Assembly (NCBI GenBank): GCA_017503105.1
Contig: JAFVTS010000009.1
Coordinates: 16,370-80,369 of the forward strand
Direction of reading: 5' to 3'
Length of the DNA: 64,000 nt
From: Clostridia bacterium
GTDB lineage: Bacteria > Bacillota > Clostridia > Oscillospirales > CAG-272
Below, one piece after another: positions 53,333 through 61,717 of the stretch (within the stretch, counting starts at the first letter, position 1; every line of letters begins with the position of its first letter). The notes under the pieces are model-generated. The model saw only the letters and a list, made by a program, of their open reading frames with translations. It was not told the DNA's origin and ran no database searches. The position numbers and the translations under genes were made by a program.

Positions 53333-54472
53333 ATGACAAAAACAATGAGAAAAGATAGCCGGCTTTACCGACTTATCAGCCTATTATCCGTCTGTGGCGA
53401 ATACCCTGTACGCTCTTTACACCTGCTCGGTAATAAACGTATGTATCGAAAATTGGTGGATGAGTGTATGCAGCCGATTACCGTTCGCAACCCCGAGACC
53501 GCGGAAGCGATCTCGCTTCCGCGGCTCTTCAATCTATGCGGCAAAGGCAGACTTAAATCGATTCGACTGTACAGTGCCGCCCTCCCAATCTTAAAATGGA
53601 TCGACGAGGGTGAGTATTACGACATCATTTCAAACGGACATAATATGCCGATGAACGACCAACACCTTGACCGCAACCACCGAGTCGCCGAGGTCCTCGC
53701 CGTATGCAGAGATGCCGGCATCGAGATCTTCCCCCACAATCTTCCCAATTTCCAACGAGACGAGTTTGATACGATCATCCCCCTCCGTCAACCGTTCTTT
53801 ATGACAAGTAGAATGTTAAAATGGTTTGGTGGAGACGATGCCGCCAACAAAACCAATTTCACACGTTTGGTCGGTACTTTGTTTATTGGCGAGACAGATT
53901 ATTTTGTTTATAATACTCGGTACACGCCAATGAAGTGGTCGGGGGCTGGAGAAATTAAGGCCAATATCAATGTAAGAACTCTCTTACAAAAGCCGCCCTT
54001 TCATAGAGCCTTTTCAATGCTGTTTGCCAATTCGGGCGAAATTGCAATGGATGCATATTTAGCAACTCATAAAATAAAAAATTCCAACTATCATTTTGAT
54101 CAAATATATGACAAAACTCACTTTATCCCGCTGAACGAATACGGTTCAAGATTTCTGCGCTTTTTTACAATACCTAACTGGCATGATATGTTGATTAAGA
54201 ATATTTTTCAAACGGATACACTTACTCCATTTGTCGGAAATCACTTTGATAATTGTACTGATAATATCTACTCTTTAGTTTGGCTTAACGGCGATTTGCG
54301 TCGGTTATGGGCGGCTTATCCAACAGTACATAAAACACGAATATATTGTTTTTGTTGGCAGGAGAGTTTTGTGCGGAATTATGTAGGTGATGATGTTGAA
54401 GTATTGATTGTAAATTTTGACAAGGTAGAACGCTTATTGTTTGACGAGTATGAAGAAGATGATGAATACTAA
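53333..54472 (+). CDS. Hypothetical protein (379 aa), possible N-terminal winged-helix; function unknown
   Basis: Good RBS (AAAGGAGA). The N-terminus RLYRLISLLSVCGEYPVRSLHLLGNKRMYRKLVDE looks HTH-like, and the tail is acidic (EYEEDDEY). No family recognised with confidence. Confidence 0.55.
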   Translation: MTKTMRKDSRLYRLISLLSVCGEYPVRSLHLLGNKRMYRKLVDECMQPITVRNPETAEAISLPRLFNLCGKGRLKSIRLYSAALPILKWIDEGEYYDIISNGHNMPMNDQHLDRNHRVAEVLAVCRDAGIEIFPHNLPNFQRDEFDTIIPLRQPFFMTSRMLKWFGGDDAANKTNFTRLVGTLFIGETDYFVYNTRYTPMKWSGAGEIKANINVRTLLQKPPFHRAFSMLFANSGEIAMDAYLATHKIKNSNYHFDQIYDKTHFIPLNEYGSRFLRFFTIPNWHDMLIKNIFQTDTLTPFVGNHFDNCTDNIYSLVWLNGDLRRLWAAYPTVHKTRIYCFCWQESFVRNYVGDDVEVLIVNFDKVERLLFDEYEEDDEY

Positions 54473-54513
54473 AGATAGCTACAAGGTTCATCGGTTCAAA
54501 TTTCGTCGAAAAA

Positions 54514-54552
54514 GGCAGAGGCGGTGGACAAATTTTGTCTGCCGCCTTTGCC
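54514..54552. terminator. Long hairpin between convergent genes (bidirectional terminator candidate)
   Basis: GGCAGAGGCGGTGGACAAA / TTTTGTCTGCCGCCTTTGCC, about 16 of 19 positions paired. Confidence 0.55.
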
Positions 54553-54564
54553 GTATCATTATTA

Positions 54565-54951
54565 TTATGAATCTGCTTTATGTTTGTTTAATTTTATCTT
54601 GCTCTTGGTTGCTTCAAAGCTCAAATTCGCAAGGAACTGTACCACGTCATTGGGAGCGTCGGGCAGAAGGACAGAAATCCAATGGAGCTTGTTCATGTGG
54701 TATGCGGGATAGACACCATCGGACGCACCGAATGAGCCGAACATCTCAGTCGGGAGTTTTAGGTTGACCACATCGATCACCTCGTCGCTGTCAAAGCCAA
54801 ACTTGCGCCGTGACACTCTCATTACAATAGCATACCATTTGCGATTGTCCGCATACCTCAGTACCGCCGTCTCAAAATCCTCGTCAAACGGATAGTCTGG
54901 CGAGGTGCCGTATGTATGGAGGCAATACTCAAGGAATTGTCGTTTATCCAT
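54565..54951 (-). CDS. MmcQ/YjbR-family protein
   Basis: 128 aa. YPFDEDFETAVLRYADNRKWYAIVM...VVNLK...YPAYHMNKLHWISV matches the MmcQ/YjbR family pattern. It starts 6 nt after the TIR gene stop. Confidence 0.8.
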   Translation of the reverse strand: MDKRQFLEYCLHTYGTSPDYPFDEDFETAVLRYADNRKWYAIVMRVSRRKFGFDSDEVIDVVNLKLPTEMFGSFGASDGVYPAYHMNKLHWISVLLPDAPNDVVQFLANLSFEATKSKIKLNKHKADS

Positions 54952-54957
54952 AATTCA

Positions 54958-55734
54958 TTATGTCTTTAGGCGCTTAATAAGCTGTGCGGCAAATTTCAAA
55001 GCTATTTCATCACAGGTGTACTTGGAGGAATCCAAAGCCTGAATATCTGCTATAGCAGGATATCTCTCTTGTAATTGGGCTATAGAAATTTTATGTAGAA
55101 TAGGCAAAATAATTTTTTGACCGTTTTGATTTTGACGGCTCAAAAAGTCTGACAATTCTTTTTCTGTCCATTCACGCCCGAAGAAGTTCTCAGATATCAC
55201 AATAATAGCGAACTCTGCTTTCTTTACGCCTTCCAAGATCTTGTCCTTCCAATTATCTCCCCATTCAAGCGTATCTTTGTCATAAAAAACTTGAATATTG
55301 AGCTTGTCCAACGATTTTTTCAAATCGTCTACATAGGTAGCTTTATCTGCGTTTGCATGTGAAATAAACACATCATACATGGCAACTTCCGCATGAGATT
55401 GGCGTTTAGAAGCATCAAATTGTTCTTCTTCCATCGAATCCCAAAAAGCAAAATCATTATATACTTTTTCTAAATAATTGATTAGTGAACCGATGCGAAA
55501 TGAACCGAATGTATTGTTAAGTGTATTATCTATTAGCGTATAAGCAAAATGATTTCTAAGGTACTGATAACTGAACACCTTAACATCCCTCTCCCATGTT
55601 TGTATATCTGTATTTGATGTATATACACTCGCCAACCGTGATGCCGAGTTGATAGTATTGATATCGTATTGGGGATTCTGCAGGGCTTGACCTCTTACAA
55701 TTAATTCTTTTAAATATTCTCTTGCCGAATTCAT
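54958..55734 (-). CDS. TIR-domain protein with unknown ~118-aa N-terminal domain
   Basis: 258 aa. The TIR core runs from YDVFISHANADK (aa 120) through AIIVISENFFGREWTEKEL (W189, E193 in the position of the conserved W-x3-E catalytic Glu) to ILPILH. RBS AGGGAGA. Confidence 0.85.
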   Translation of the reverse strand: MNSAREYLKELIVRGQALQNPQYDINTINSASRLASVYTSNTDIQTWERDVKVFSYQYLRNHFAYTLIDNTLNNTFGSFRIGSLINYLEKVYNDFAFWDSMEEEQFDASKRQSHAEVAMYDVFISHANADKATYVDDLKKSLDKLNIQVFYDKDTLEWGDNWKDKILEGVKKAEFAIIVISENFFGREWTEKELSDFLSRQNQNGQKIILPILHKISIAQLQERYPAIADIQALDSSKYTCDEIALKFAAQLIKRLKT

Positions 55735-55771
55735 AGTTCTCCCTTGACTTTTATCTCTATTTGAGGTTATA

Positions 55772-56434
55772 TCAAACGCCTAATCTGCGCCTAATGTCGT
55801 TCAACCACTCGCCATTATATTTGAAATAGCGCGGTCCGGCTAAAGGACTTTTACCGCTCAACTCACATGCAAGAGCAGAGAGGGAGAGAATGCGTCCCTG
55901 ATAGGTTATATGTTTTTCATCTGCCACGGTGCAAGTGATACCTGTTGCTTCTCGGGCATTCAAGTAAAATTCCAATGTTGCTCCTACAGGAATATTACAC
56001 ATAGTAAACGAGAACGGAGCCATTCTCTCGGTTCTTTCGGCAACGATTTCTTGTGCAGTATCCTCGGCTGCGATTTCATCTTCGCTTGGCTGAACAAGGG
56101 TAAGCTTGTCCGCGCAACCGTGAATTTCAGCTATTGCTTCAAGAATGGAATACGCATCCTCGGGTGACATAGCATAAAACTCGCGAACGCGCTTTTGACC
56201 ATTAAAGTTGTCAATTGAGCGCAAATTTGGATTCAGCTTATCGATAATCGCATGAATTTTCAGATCCGACAAACGAGAGTTAACCTCATATGTAGCGTAT
56301 ACGCGGAACGCAAAAGGAATGCATTCGCTTCTATTCAGCTGATTTAAGCGCTTGTTGATATCGTCCGCATATCCGATTTTTACATATTCGGGAAAGGACG
56401 GATTCGTAAGAATATAAATCACACCATTACTCAT
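55772..56434 (-). CDS. GIY-YIG / T5orf172-type nuclease-domain protein with unknown C-terminal domain
   Basis: 220 aa. GVIYILTNPSFPEYVKIGYADDINKRLNQLN is a GIY-YIG (T5orf172-like) N-domain. The C-terminal ~85 aa are unassigned. Overlaps the M48 gene by 8 nt. Confidence 0.7.
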   Translation of the reverse strand: MSNGVIYILTNPSFPEYVKIGYADDINKRLNQLNRSECIPFAFRVYATYEVNSRLSDLKIHAIIDKLNPNLRSIDNFNGQKRVREFYAMSPEDAYSILEAIAEIHGCADKLTLVQPSEDEIAAEDTAQEIVAERTERMAPFSFTMCNIPVGATLEFYLNAREATGITCTVADEKHITYQGRILSLSALACELSGKSPLAGPRYFKYNGEWLNDIRRRLGV

Positions 56435-57140
56435 TTTCTTCCTCCATATAATCGAGCTTCAAATCGTTCAATAGTTTCTTTGTTTCTCTCCAATACGGCA
56501 TATACTGATCCATAATAGCAACAAAATCTTTGCTATGATTTCTGATTTTTAAATGTGCCAATTCGTGGAGAATTACGTATTCCAAGCACTCAATCGGTTT
56601 CTTCGCAAGTTGAAGATTCAGCCATATTTTACGGGTTTTTGTGTTGCACGTACCCCAACGGGTGGTCATATATTTAGTCTGCCAAGAATCACAATGTAAT
56701 CCCGTGATATTCTCCCATTTAGGAAGATATATTTCAATCTTATCTTTGAGCAAAGTTCGATACCACTCATTCACGAAGGCTTCACGTTGGCTTGCCGTGC
56801 TTTCTTTCCTGACGGTGAGTATAGCTTCATTGCCGGAAAGGACAAGAGAATTGCCCTTGTAGCTATACTCAACACGAAGAAAATATTGCTGACCGAAAAC
56901 ATATAACGTTTCTCCCGAAACATATTCACGTTCCGATTGCCGTGGCTGCTTTTCAAACTTCTCCTGTTGCTTCTTTATCCAACCGAGTTTTGTACGCACG
57001 AACATTTTGATGCTATCATCGGACAAATGCATGGGCGCAGAAACTCTCACCCTACCATCGGGAGGAGCAACAACCAAATGCAAATTTTTAATATTCTTTT
57101 TTTGTACTTCTATCTCGATTCCTGAAATTTCAATTTGCAT
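56427..57140 (-). CDS. M48/YgjP-like (DUF45) zinc metallopeptidase
   Basis: 237 aa. TRWGTCN and HELAHLKIRNHSKDF (HExxH) motifs. Its ATG overlaps the hsdR stop (TAATG). Confidence 0.85.
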   Translation of the reverse strand: MQIEISGIEIEVQKKNIKNLHLVVAPPDGRVRVSAPMHLSDDSIKMFVRTKLGWIKKQQEKFEKQPRQSEREYVSGETLYVFGQQYFLRVEYSYKGNSLVLSGNEAILTVRKESTASQREAFVNEWYRTLLKDKIEIYLPKWENITGLHCDSWQTKYMTTRWGTCNTKTRKIWLNLQLAKKPIECLEYVILHELAHLKIRNHSKDFVAIMDQYMPYWRETKKLLNDLKLDYMEEENE

Positions 57141-60100
57141 TAATATTCCTCTTGTTCTACAACGATCTTATACAAACGCTCTACCATATCTTCATCTTTC
57201 AGAATCTTATAAATTTCGCGTTTAATTCTATTCTCCTTAGTTGGATTGTTTCTGAAACCATCCATTTTTGATGTCATTACCGCTTTGTGCAAACGAATTG
57301 CTAACTGCTCATCCTCACCACAGTTATCATAGAACGCTCTCATCGCACCGCTCTTTCGAATAGATTTGGGATATTGTTCGTTTTCTTCAGGAGTGCTTAC
57401 GTTCTTGGCAAGCTCCAGATATCGCTCAAGCAAGTGCTTATATGCGATAACACCGCGCTTACGGTCAAGAATCAGTTGCTCAAGCACCTCGGACATCTTG
57501 CTGTAATACGCAGGGTTGATAACGATTTTTTGAACAACTTTCTTGCGGATATTGTTTTCAATCGCTTCAGCTGCACTCTCTTGTTCTTTGCCGTCTTTAT
57601 TCAGCTTATCTTCTTGCTCAATAATAAAATCAAGAAGCGTAAAGTCATCAAATATAGCAATTTTCTCTGCATCATCGGCGACAATATAATTGTCAATCAA
57701 ATAACGCATACCGGGTTCAAACTGCTTGAAATCGAGGAAATCACCGCTTGCTCGCCCAATAACCTCACGAAGCTTAATATACGTATTTACTTTCTCGGCA
57801 AATTTAGCCTGATCATCGGAAGAAATACCGGCATCGTCCATTCTCGGCTTGAATTCGGCGTAGGCGCGAACCAAACGGGATACAAGCTTATAGAGCTTTT
57901 CTCGGCTACGTGCATAGGCTTCATCGTTATCAAGATCAACACCGTTCTCACCACAGAAGTAGTGAATGTAGTCAAGCTCAGCACGAGGCATAGCAACACC
58001 TTCACACAACTCGTCAAGCGCATCCAAGGTTTCAAGGAAGTATTTCTTTGCTTCCTCTGTACGGTCTTTGATAAGTCCTGCAACATCCTCGGCATCGTAA
58101 TCTTCAAATGCTCCGGCTGTATAAGTATTGATTGCATCGGCAAGATCGCCAAACAATTGCTTATAGTCCACAATATAACCAAAATCCTTGCTTTCATCAT
58201 CAAGGCGGTTAACACGGCAGATTGCTTGGAATAAACCGTGATCGTGCATTGCTTTGTCGATGTAAAGATAGGTACAAGGCGGGGCATCGAATCCAGTCAA
58301 AAGCTTATCGACGACAATCAAAAGTTTCATATTGGCAGGCTCTTCAATGAACTTGCGCTTTGCTTCTTTTTCAAAGTCCTCTGCGCTTTGACCATCCAGC
58401 ATCTTTTGATATATTTCGTATTTTTCGAAAATCTCGGTTTCTTCCTCGTCGCTCACAGTTTCTGTACGAAGATCACTTGCCTGCGGTTCGTAGGAAGTAA
58501 TGATAGCACACTTTTTGAGTCCTATTTGCTGGAATATTTCATAGTATTTGCACGCGGAGTATACCGAATCCGCTACGAGCATTGCGTTGCCGTTTCCATC
58601 CATCAAACGAGGCTGAGTTTGGAAATCAAAATGGATATCAAGCGCAATTTTCTCAAGACGCGAACGAGAAGAAAGCACTTTTTGCATCGTTGCCCACTTT
58701 GATTTGAGCTTTGCTTGAGCGTGAGGTGTCAAGCCCTTAGTATGAATATCAAACCACGCATCAATCTTGTCTTGCGACTTGATCTCCTGCGGAACATCAC
58801 GGTATTCGTAACGCAGATCGAGAACGACTTTATCACGAACAGCTTCGTCGAATTTATAGGTGTGAATATATCCACCAAATGTTTCAAGGCTTGTCTTTTT
58901 ATCCTTCTTCAAGAGAGGCGTACCTGTGAAACCGACGAAAATACCGTTCGGAATAATAGTTTTCATCGCGGCGTGGAGCTTGCCCGACTGCGTTCTGTGG
59001 CACTCATCAACGAACACCACGAAATCGCCCTTGGCAGAGTAGTCCTTGGGCAGAGCCTTCTTGATTTCCTCGATATATTTGTCAATATCTTTGTCGGTAG
59101 CTTCCCCGCCGTTTTTGCCGAACTTATGAATCAGCGAACAAATCAGCGGATTTTCATAGGAGTTAAGCTTATTAACAAGATCCTCGCCACTCTTGGTTCG
59201 AACGATATTCTCGTCAACACCTTTGTATGCCTTTTCGATCTGATCATCAAGTTCCTCTCTGTCGGTAACGATCAGCACGCGAGCATTAGGATTGTTGGCA
59301 AGAATCCACTTGGAAAGCCATATCATGGAAAGCGTTTTACCGCTTCCTTGGGTGTGCCAAATAATACCGCCGCGCTTTTCCTCGGTCAAACGGTGTTGGG
59401 CGCGCTTGAGGGCATAGTATTGGTTGTAACGGCAGACCTTCTTAATGCCTTTATCAAAGATAATAAAGTTATGAACGAGATCGAGGAAACGCTTCTTATA
59501 GAACATTGCAAAAATCTGCTTATCAAGCGGATTTTCAATGTCACGGCTCTTTTTCTCAATCAGCACATCAGTTTCGCTGCGTTCATGTGCAAACTCGGTA
59601 AAGCCATCGTCCTTCCACTCATAATAATGCTTTTCGGGCGTTAAAAGCGTGCCGTAGCGCAAACCCTCGCTGTCATTACCCGCCATACAGAACTGCATCG
59701 TAGTAAAAAACTTCTCGATAAAATGCGCCTTTTGATTGGTAAGATTCTGACGAATACCCTCGGCAACCGACACACTACTGCGCTTCAGCTCAATGACTGC
59801 CAGCGCAATGCCGTTAACGTAGATGACCAGGTCGGGACGCTTGGTATTTTCGCCAACAACGTTGACTTCCTCAGCAATGGCAAAGTCATTTTGCGCAATA
59901 TCGGAAAAGTTGAGAAAGAACACGGTTTTCGGTGCTTCTCCCGCTTCTTCGGCTACCTTTGCACCGTATTTGAGCAAACGGTAGACCTCTTTATTGGCAT
60001 CATAAAGACCGTGCTGGAGGTTGCCCGCAGTGCGTACAAGCTCATCAATCGCGCGACGAGCCAGTTTGTCCGAATATCCGCCCTTGCCTGTCAAATAGGC

Positions 60101-60235
60101 ATAGAGATGATCCTGCATGATGTTGCTGTTTTCGCTATCGTGCAGATCGCCGAGATATGTATAATGGAGCTTGTCCACAAAGAATTTTATAACACGGTTT
60201 TGTGTTTTTCTCTCTATATCGTCAATTTTTGACAA
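57140..60235 (-). CDS. hsdR: Type I restriction endonuclease subunit R
   Basis: 1031 aa, TTG start with GAGGTG upstream. N-terminal HsdR_N-like nuclease region (RPDLVIYVNGIALAVIELK), helicase motif I HTQGSGKTLSM, motif II VFVDECHRTQ, and later helicase motifs (FTGTP, TGFDAP). Confidence 0.95.
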   Translation of the reverse strand: MSKIDDIERKTQNRVIKFFVDKLHYTYLGDLHDSENSNIMQDHLYAYLTGKGGYSDKLARRAIDELVRTAGNLQHGLYDANKEVYRLLKYGAKVAEEAGEAPKTVFFLNFSDIAQNDFAIAEEVNVVGENTKRPDLVIYVNGIALAVIELKRSSVSVAEGIRQNLTNQKAHFIEKFFTTMQFCMAGNDSEGLRYGTLLTPEKHYYEWKDDGFTEFAHERSETDVLIEKKSRDIENPLDKQIFAMFYKKRFLDLVHNFIIFDKGIKKVCRYNQYYALKRAQHRLTEEKRGGIIWHTQGSGKTLSMIWLSKWILANNPNARVLIVTDREELDDQIEKAYKGVDENIVRTKSGEDLVNKLNSYENPLICSLIHKFGKNGGEATDKDIDKYIEEIKKALPKDYSAKGDFVVFVDECHRTQSGKLHAAMKTIIPNGIFVGFTGTPLLKKDKKTSLETFGGYIHTYKFDEAVRDKVVLDLRYEYRDVPQEIKSQDKIDAWFDIHTKGLTPHAQAKLKSKWATMQKVLSSRSRLEKIALDIHFDFQTQPRLMDGNGNAMLVADSVYSACKYYEIFQQIGLKKCAIITSYEPQASDLRTETVSDEEETEIFEKYEIYQKMLDGQSAEDFEKEAKRKFIEEPANMKLLIVVDKLLTGFDAPPCTYLYIDKAMHDHGLFQAICRVNRLDDESKDFGYIVDYKQLFGDLADAINTYTAGAFEDYDAEDVAGLIKDRTEEAKKYFLETLDALDELCEGVAMPRAELDYIHYFCGENGVDLDNDEAYARSREKLYKLVSRLVRAYAEFKPRMDDAGISSDDQAKFAEKVNTYIKLREVIGRASGDFLDFKQFEPGMRYLIDNYIVADDAEKIAIFDDFTLLDFIIEQEDKLNKDGKEQESAAEAIENNIRKKVVQKIVINPAYYSKMSEVLEQLILDRKRGVIAYKHLLERYLELAKNVSTPEENEQYPKSIRKSGAMRAFYDNCGEDEQLAIRLHKAVMTSKMDGFRNNPTKENRIKREIYKILKDEDMVERLYKIVVEQEEY

Positions 60236-60305
60236 ATTATTTCACCTCACAGTTGGCAAATATATGCCATGGAAATATTTAATTTAAATTTTTTTGCCCA
60301 TGGGG

Positions 60306-60334
60306 TTGACAAAACGAAACATTTGGCGTATAAT
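60306..60334 (+). promoter_or_regulatory. Perfect-consensus sigma70 promoter pointing away from hsdR, antisense to the cassette array
   Basis: TTGACA (60306-60311), exactly 17 nt, TATAAT (60329-60334). This is the only 12/12 match I found in the window. Confidence 0.55.
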
Positions 60335-60340
60335 ATTAAT

Positions 60341-60408
60341 AGCTCATCTACCAGTTGTAGAAGGAGTTCCTGAACGCGTCTTGATTATTCAAGGCGCGTT
60401 TTGCTTTA
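60341..60408 (+). ncRNA. Candidate ~65-nt small RNA (promoter-to-terminator unit)
   Basis: Predicted TSS ~60341. Hairpin TCTAC-CAGTT-GTAGA (60347-60361). Then a 12-bp terminator stem AACGCGTCTTGA/TCAAGGCGCGTT (60373-60384 / 60389-60400), tetraloop TTAT, and tail TTGCTTT. The 3' arm covers the stop codon of the minus-strand ORF 60389-60898. No convincing ORF inside. Confidence 0.3.
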
Positions 60409-60898
60409 TATAGGCATCATATTTTGCAAGCAATTTTCGCAATGAATGATCATAATCCAAATAATATGCCGTTATAAGCAGACAATATGTTTCTCTTCGT
60501 TCGATAATCACGATGTAGCGTTCTTCCTCTAACAGCAAATAAATCCTTTGATTTGTTTTATAATCTTCTTCCCACACCTTAATACCATCACATATACTAC
60601 AATCGTCAAGGCAAAAATCATTTTCAATAAATTTTCTAACCCAAGCAATTCTTTCACATCTTCGAGGATCGGGACACCGCTCCTCGTTTTCTTTATAGTC
60701 TTTACTCGTTATATGAAAGAATGTTTGCTCTCTTTCATCTACAAGTGGATGCCGTCTTATCAAAACCTCTTTGTTTTCGAACATAGGCTTAGAATCAATG
60801 AAATCACGCTTGAAAATTTGATATAGAATATCATCGTAATTTTTAAATTCAGCCCAGTTATTACATATAACGAGTTCGGGCAGTTGTTCGCAGCTCAT
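60389..60898 (-). CDS. Hypothetical 169-aa Cys-cluster protein, translationally coupled to the DUF3800 gene
   Basis: ATG 60898 lies 2 nt after the DUF3800 stop, with GGGAGG 10 nt upstream (the track start TTG 60916 is an alternative). Cys at 75, 81, 96, 100 and 103 (CPDPRRC...CLDDCSIC). The C-terminal RIYLLLEEERYIVIIERRETYCLLITAYY stretch is beta-strand like. No family recognised. Confidence 0.6.
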   Translation of the reverse strand: MSCEQLPELVICNNWAEFKNYDDILYQIFKRDFIDSKPMFENKEVLIRRHPLVDEREQTFFHITSKDYKENEERCPDPRRCERIAWVRKFIENDFCLDDCSICDGIKVWEEDYKTNQRIYLLLEEERYIVIIERRETYCLLITAYYLDYDHSLRKLLAKYDAYIKQNAP

Positions 60899-60900
60899 TT

Positions 60901-61611
60901 TCAGGTGGCCTCCCAAATGAAAATATTAAATTTTTCTTCTCGTAATAATGTGCTTTTTTTCAATGAATAGTTGCTCTTCTTCTTAATCAATTCAACTAGT
61001 TCTCTCTTTGTTTCACTCCTGTGTTCGGAGTCACCGAATTCACGATTTGCATATACGAGCGCGCCCAACAAAATATCAACCAACTGCATTGCCTGCACTT
61101 CATGTGAACGTATCGGTTGAATATTGCGTATAATTCTATGGGAAAAATCATACAAGCTGTTACAACATACATCCTCTAATTTTCTAGTTCTTATCGCAGA
61201 ATTTGTGTCTTTAATATCGACATATACGCTATATTTCAGTGTTGGAGAAAATATGGTTTTCAACATTTCAAAGTACATCTTGTAATAAAAATCTTCGTGT
61301 GTTTGATTATACTTTTCGTGATTTAATGCAGACTTATCTGGAATAATTAGCCCTCTAAAATGAAGATCATCATCATCGAAGAAATAGTTTATTAGGTCAA
61401 CATATAGTTGCCTTTTTGCTGGAGATACCTTCGTCCATTTCACCTCTGAATTGGGCGAGACACCATTCCTAACTTTAATATCTTTTATCCTTTGGTTTAT
61501 TTCAGTAATTTTGTACTTGCTACACCATAGACCTCCCAATCCCATTACGTTAATACCGTCATTTTCTAAATGACAACTTTCATCACAATAAATGTTAATA
61601 TAATCACTCAT
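60901..61611 (-). CDS. DUF3800-domain protein
   Basis: 236 aa. N-terminal INIYCDES acidic motif, HFRGLII, and C-terminal AMQLVDILLGALVY match my memory of the DUF3800 family. Confidence 0.75.
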   Translation of the reverse strand: MSDYINIYCDESCHLENDGINVMGLGGLWCSKYKITEINQRIKDIKVRNGVSPNSEVKWTKVSPAKRQLYVDLINYFFDDDDLHFRGLIIPDKSALNHEKYNQTHEDFYYKMYFEMLKTIFSPTLKYSVYVDIKDTNSAIRTRKLEDVCCNSLYDFSHRIIRNIQPIRSHEVQAMQLVDILLGALVYANREFGDSEHRSETKRELVELIKKKSNYSLKKSTLLREEKFNIFIWEAT

Positions 61612-61612
61612 A

Positions 61613-61680
61613 GGTTTCTCCTTTACACAAGTCTAATTTTTTCGATCAGTAGTTGCTGCATCATACCTTGTTTGATCTGA
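61613..61680 (-). repeat. Remnant copy of the hsdS 3' end plus stop codon plus RBS (68 nt)
   Basis: 61 of 68 nt identical to 62804-62871. It still translates as QIKQGMMQQLLIEKIRLV-stop versus the genuine QIKQGMTQQLLTGKIRLV-stop, and sits immediately 5' of the DUF3800 ATG. Confidence 0.85.
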
Positions 61681-61717
61681 TATTTTTTTAAGTTCCTAAT
61701 CTAAGAATAGATGTGTG

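Noticed and set aside
57374-59644. Plus-strand ORFs of 286, 154 and 309 aa
   Set aside because: They are antisense to hsdR, whose helicase motifs are clear. The translations are Ile/Phe/Leu/Asn-rich, as expected from reading AT-rich coding DNA backwards.
19341-60916. Longer N-terminal extensions given by the ORF track (starts at 5225, 19341, 35757, 37315, 37460, 40638, 44233, 44356, 46214, 49324, 52417 and 60916)
   Set aside because: In each case an internal ATG with a proper Shine-Dalgarno sequence gives a canonical N-terminus (signal peptide, Rossmann motif or ribosomal protein start). It also removes overlap with the upstream gene or promoter.
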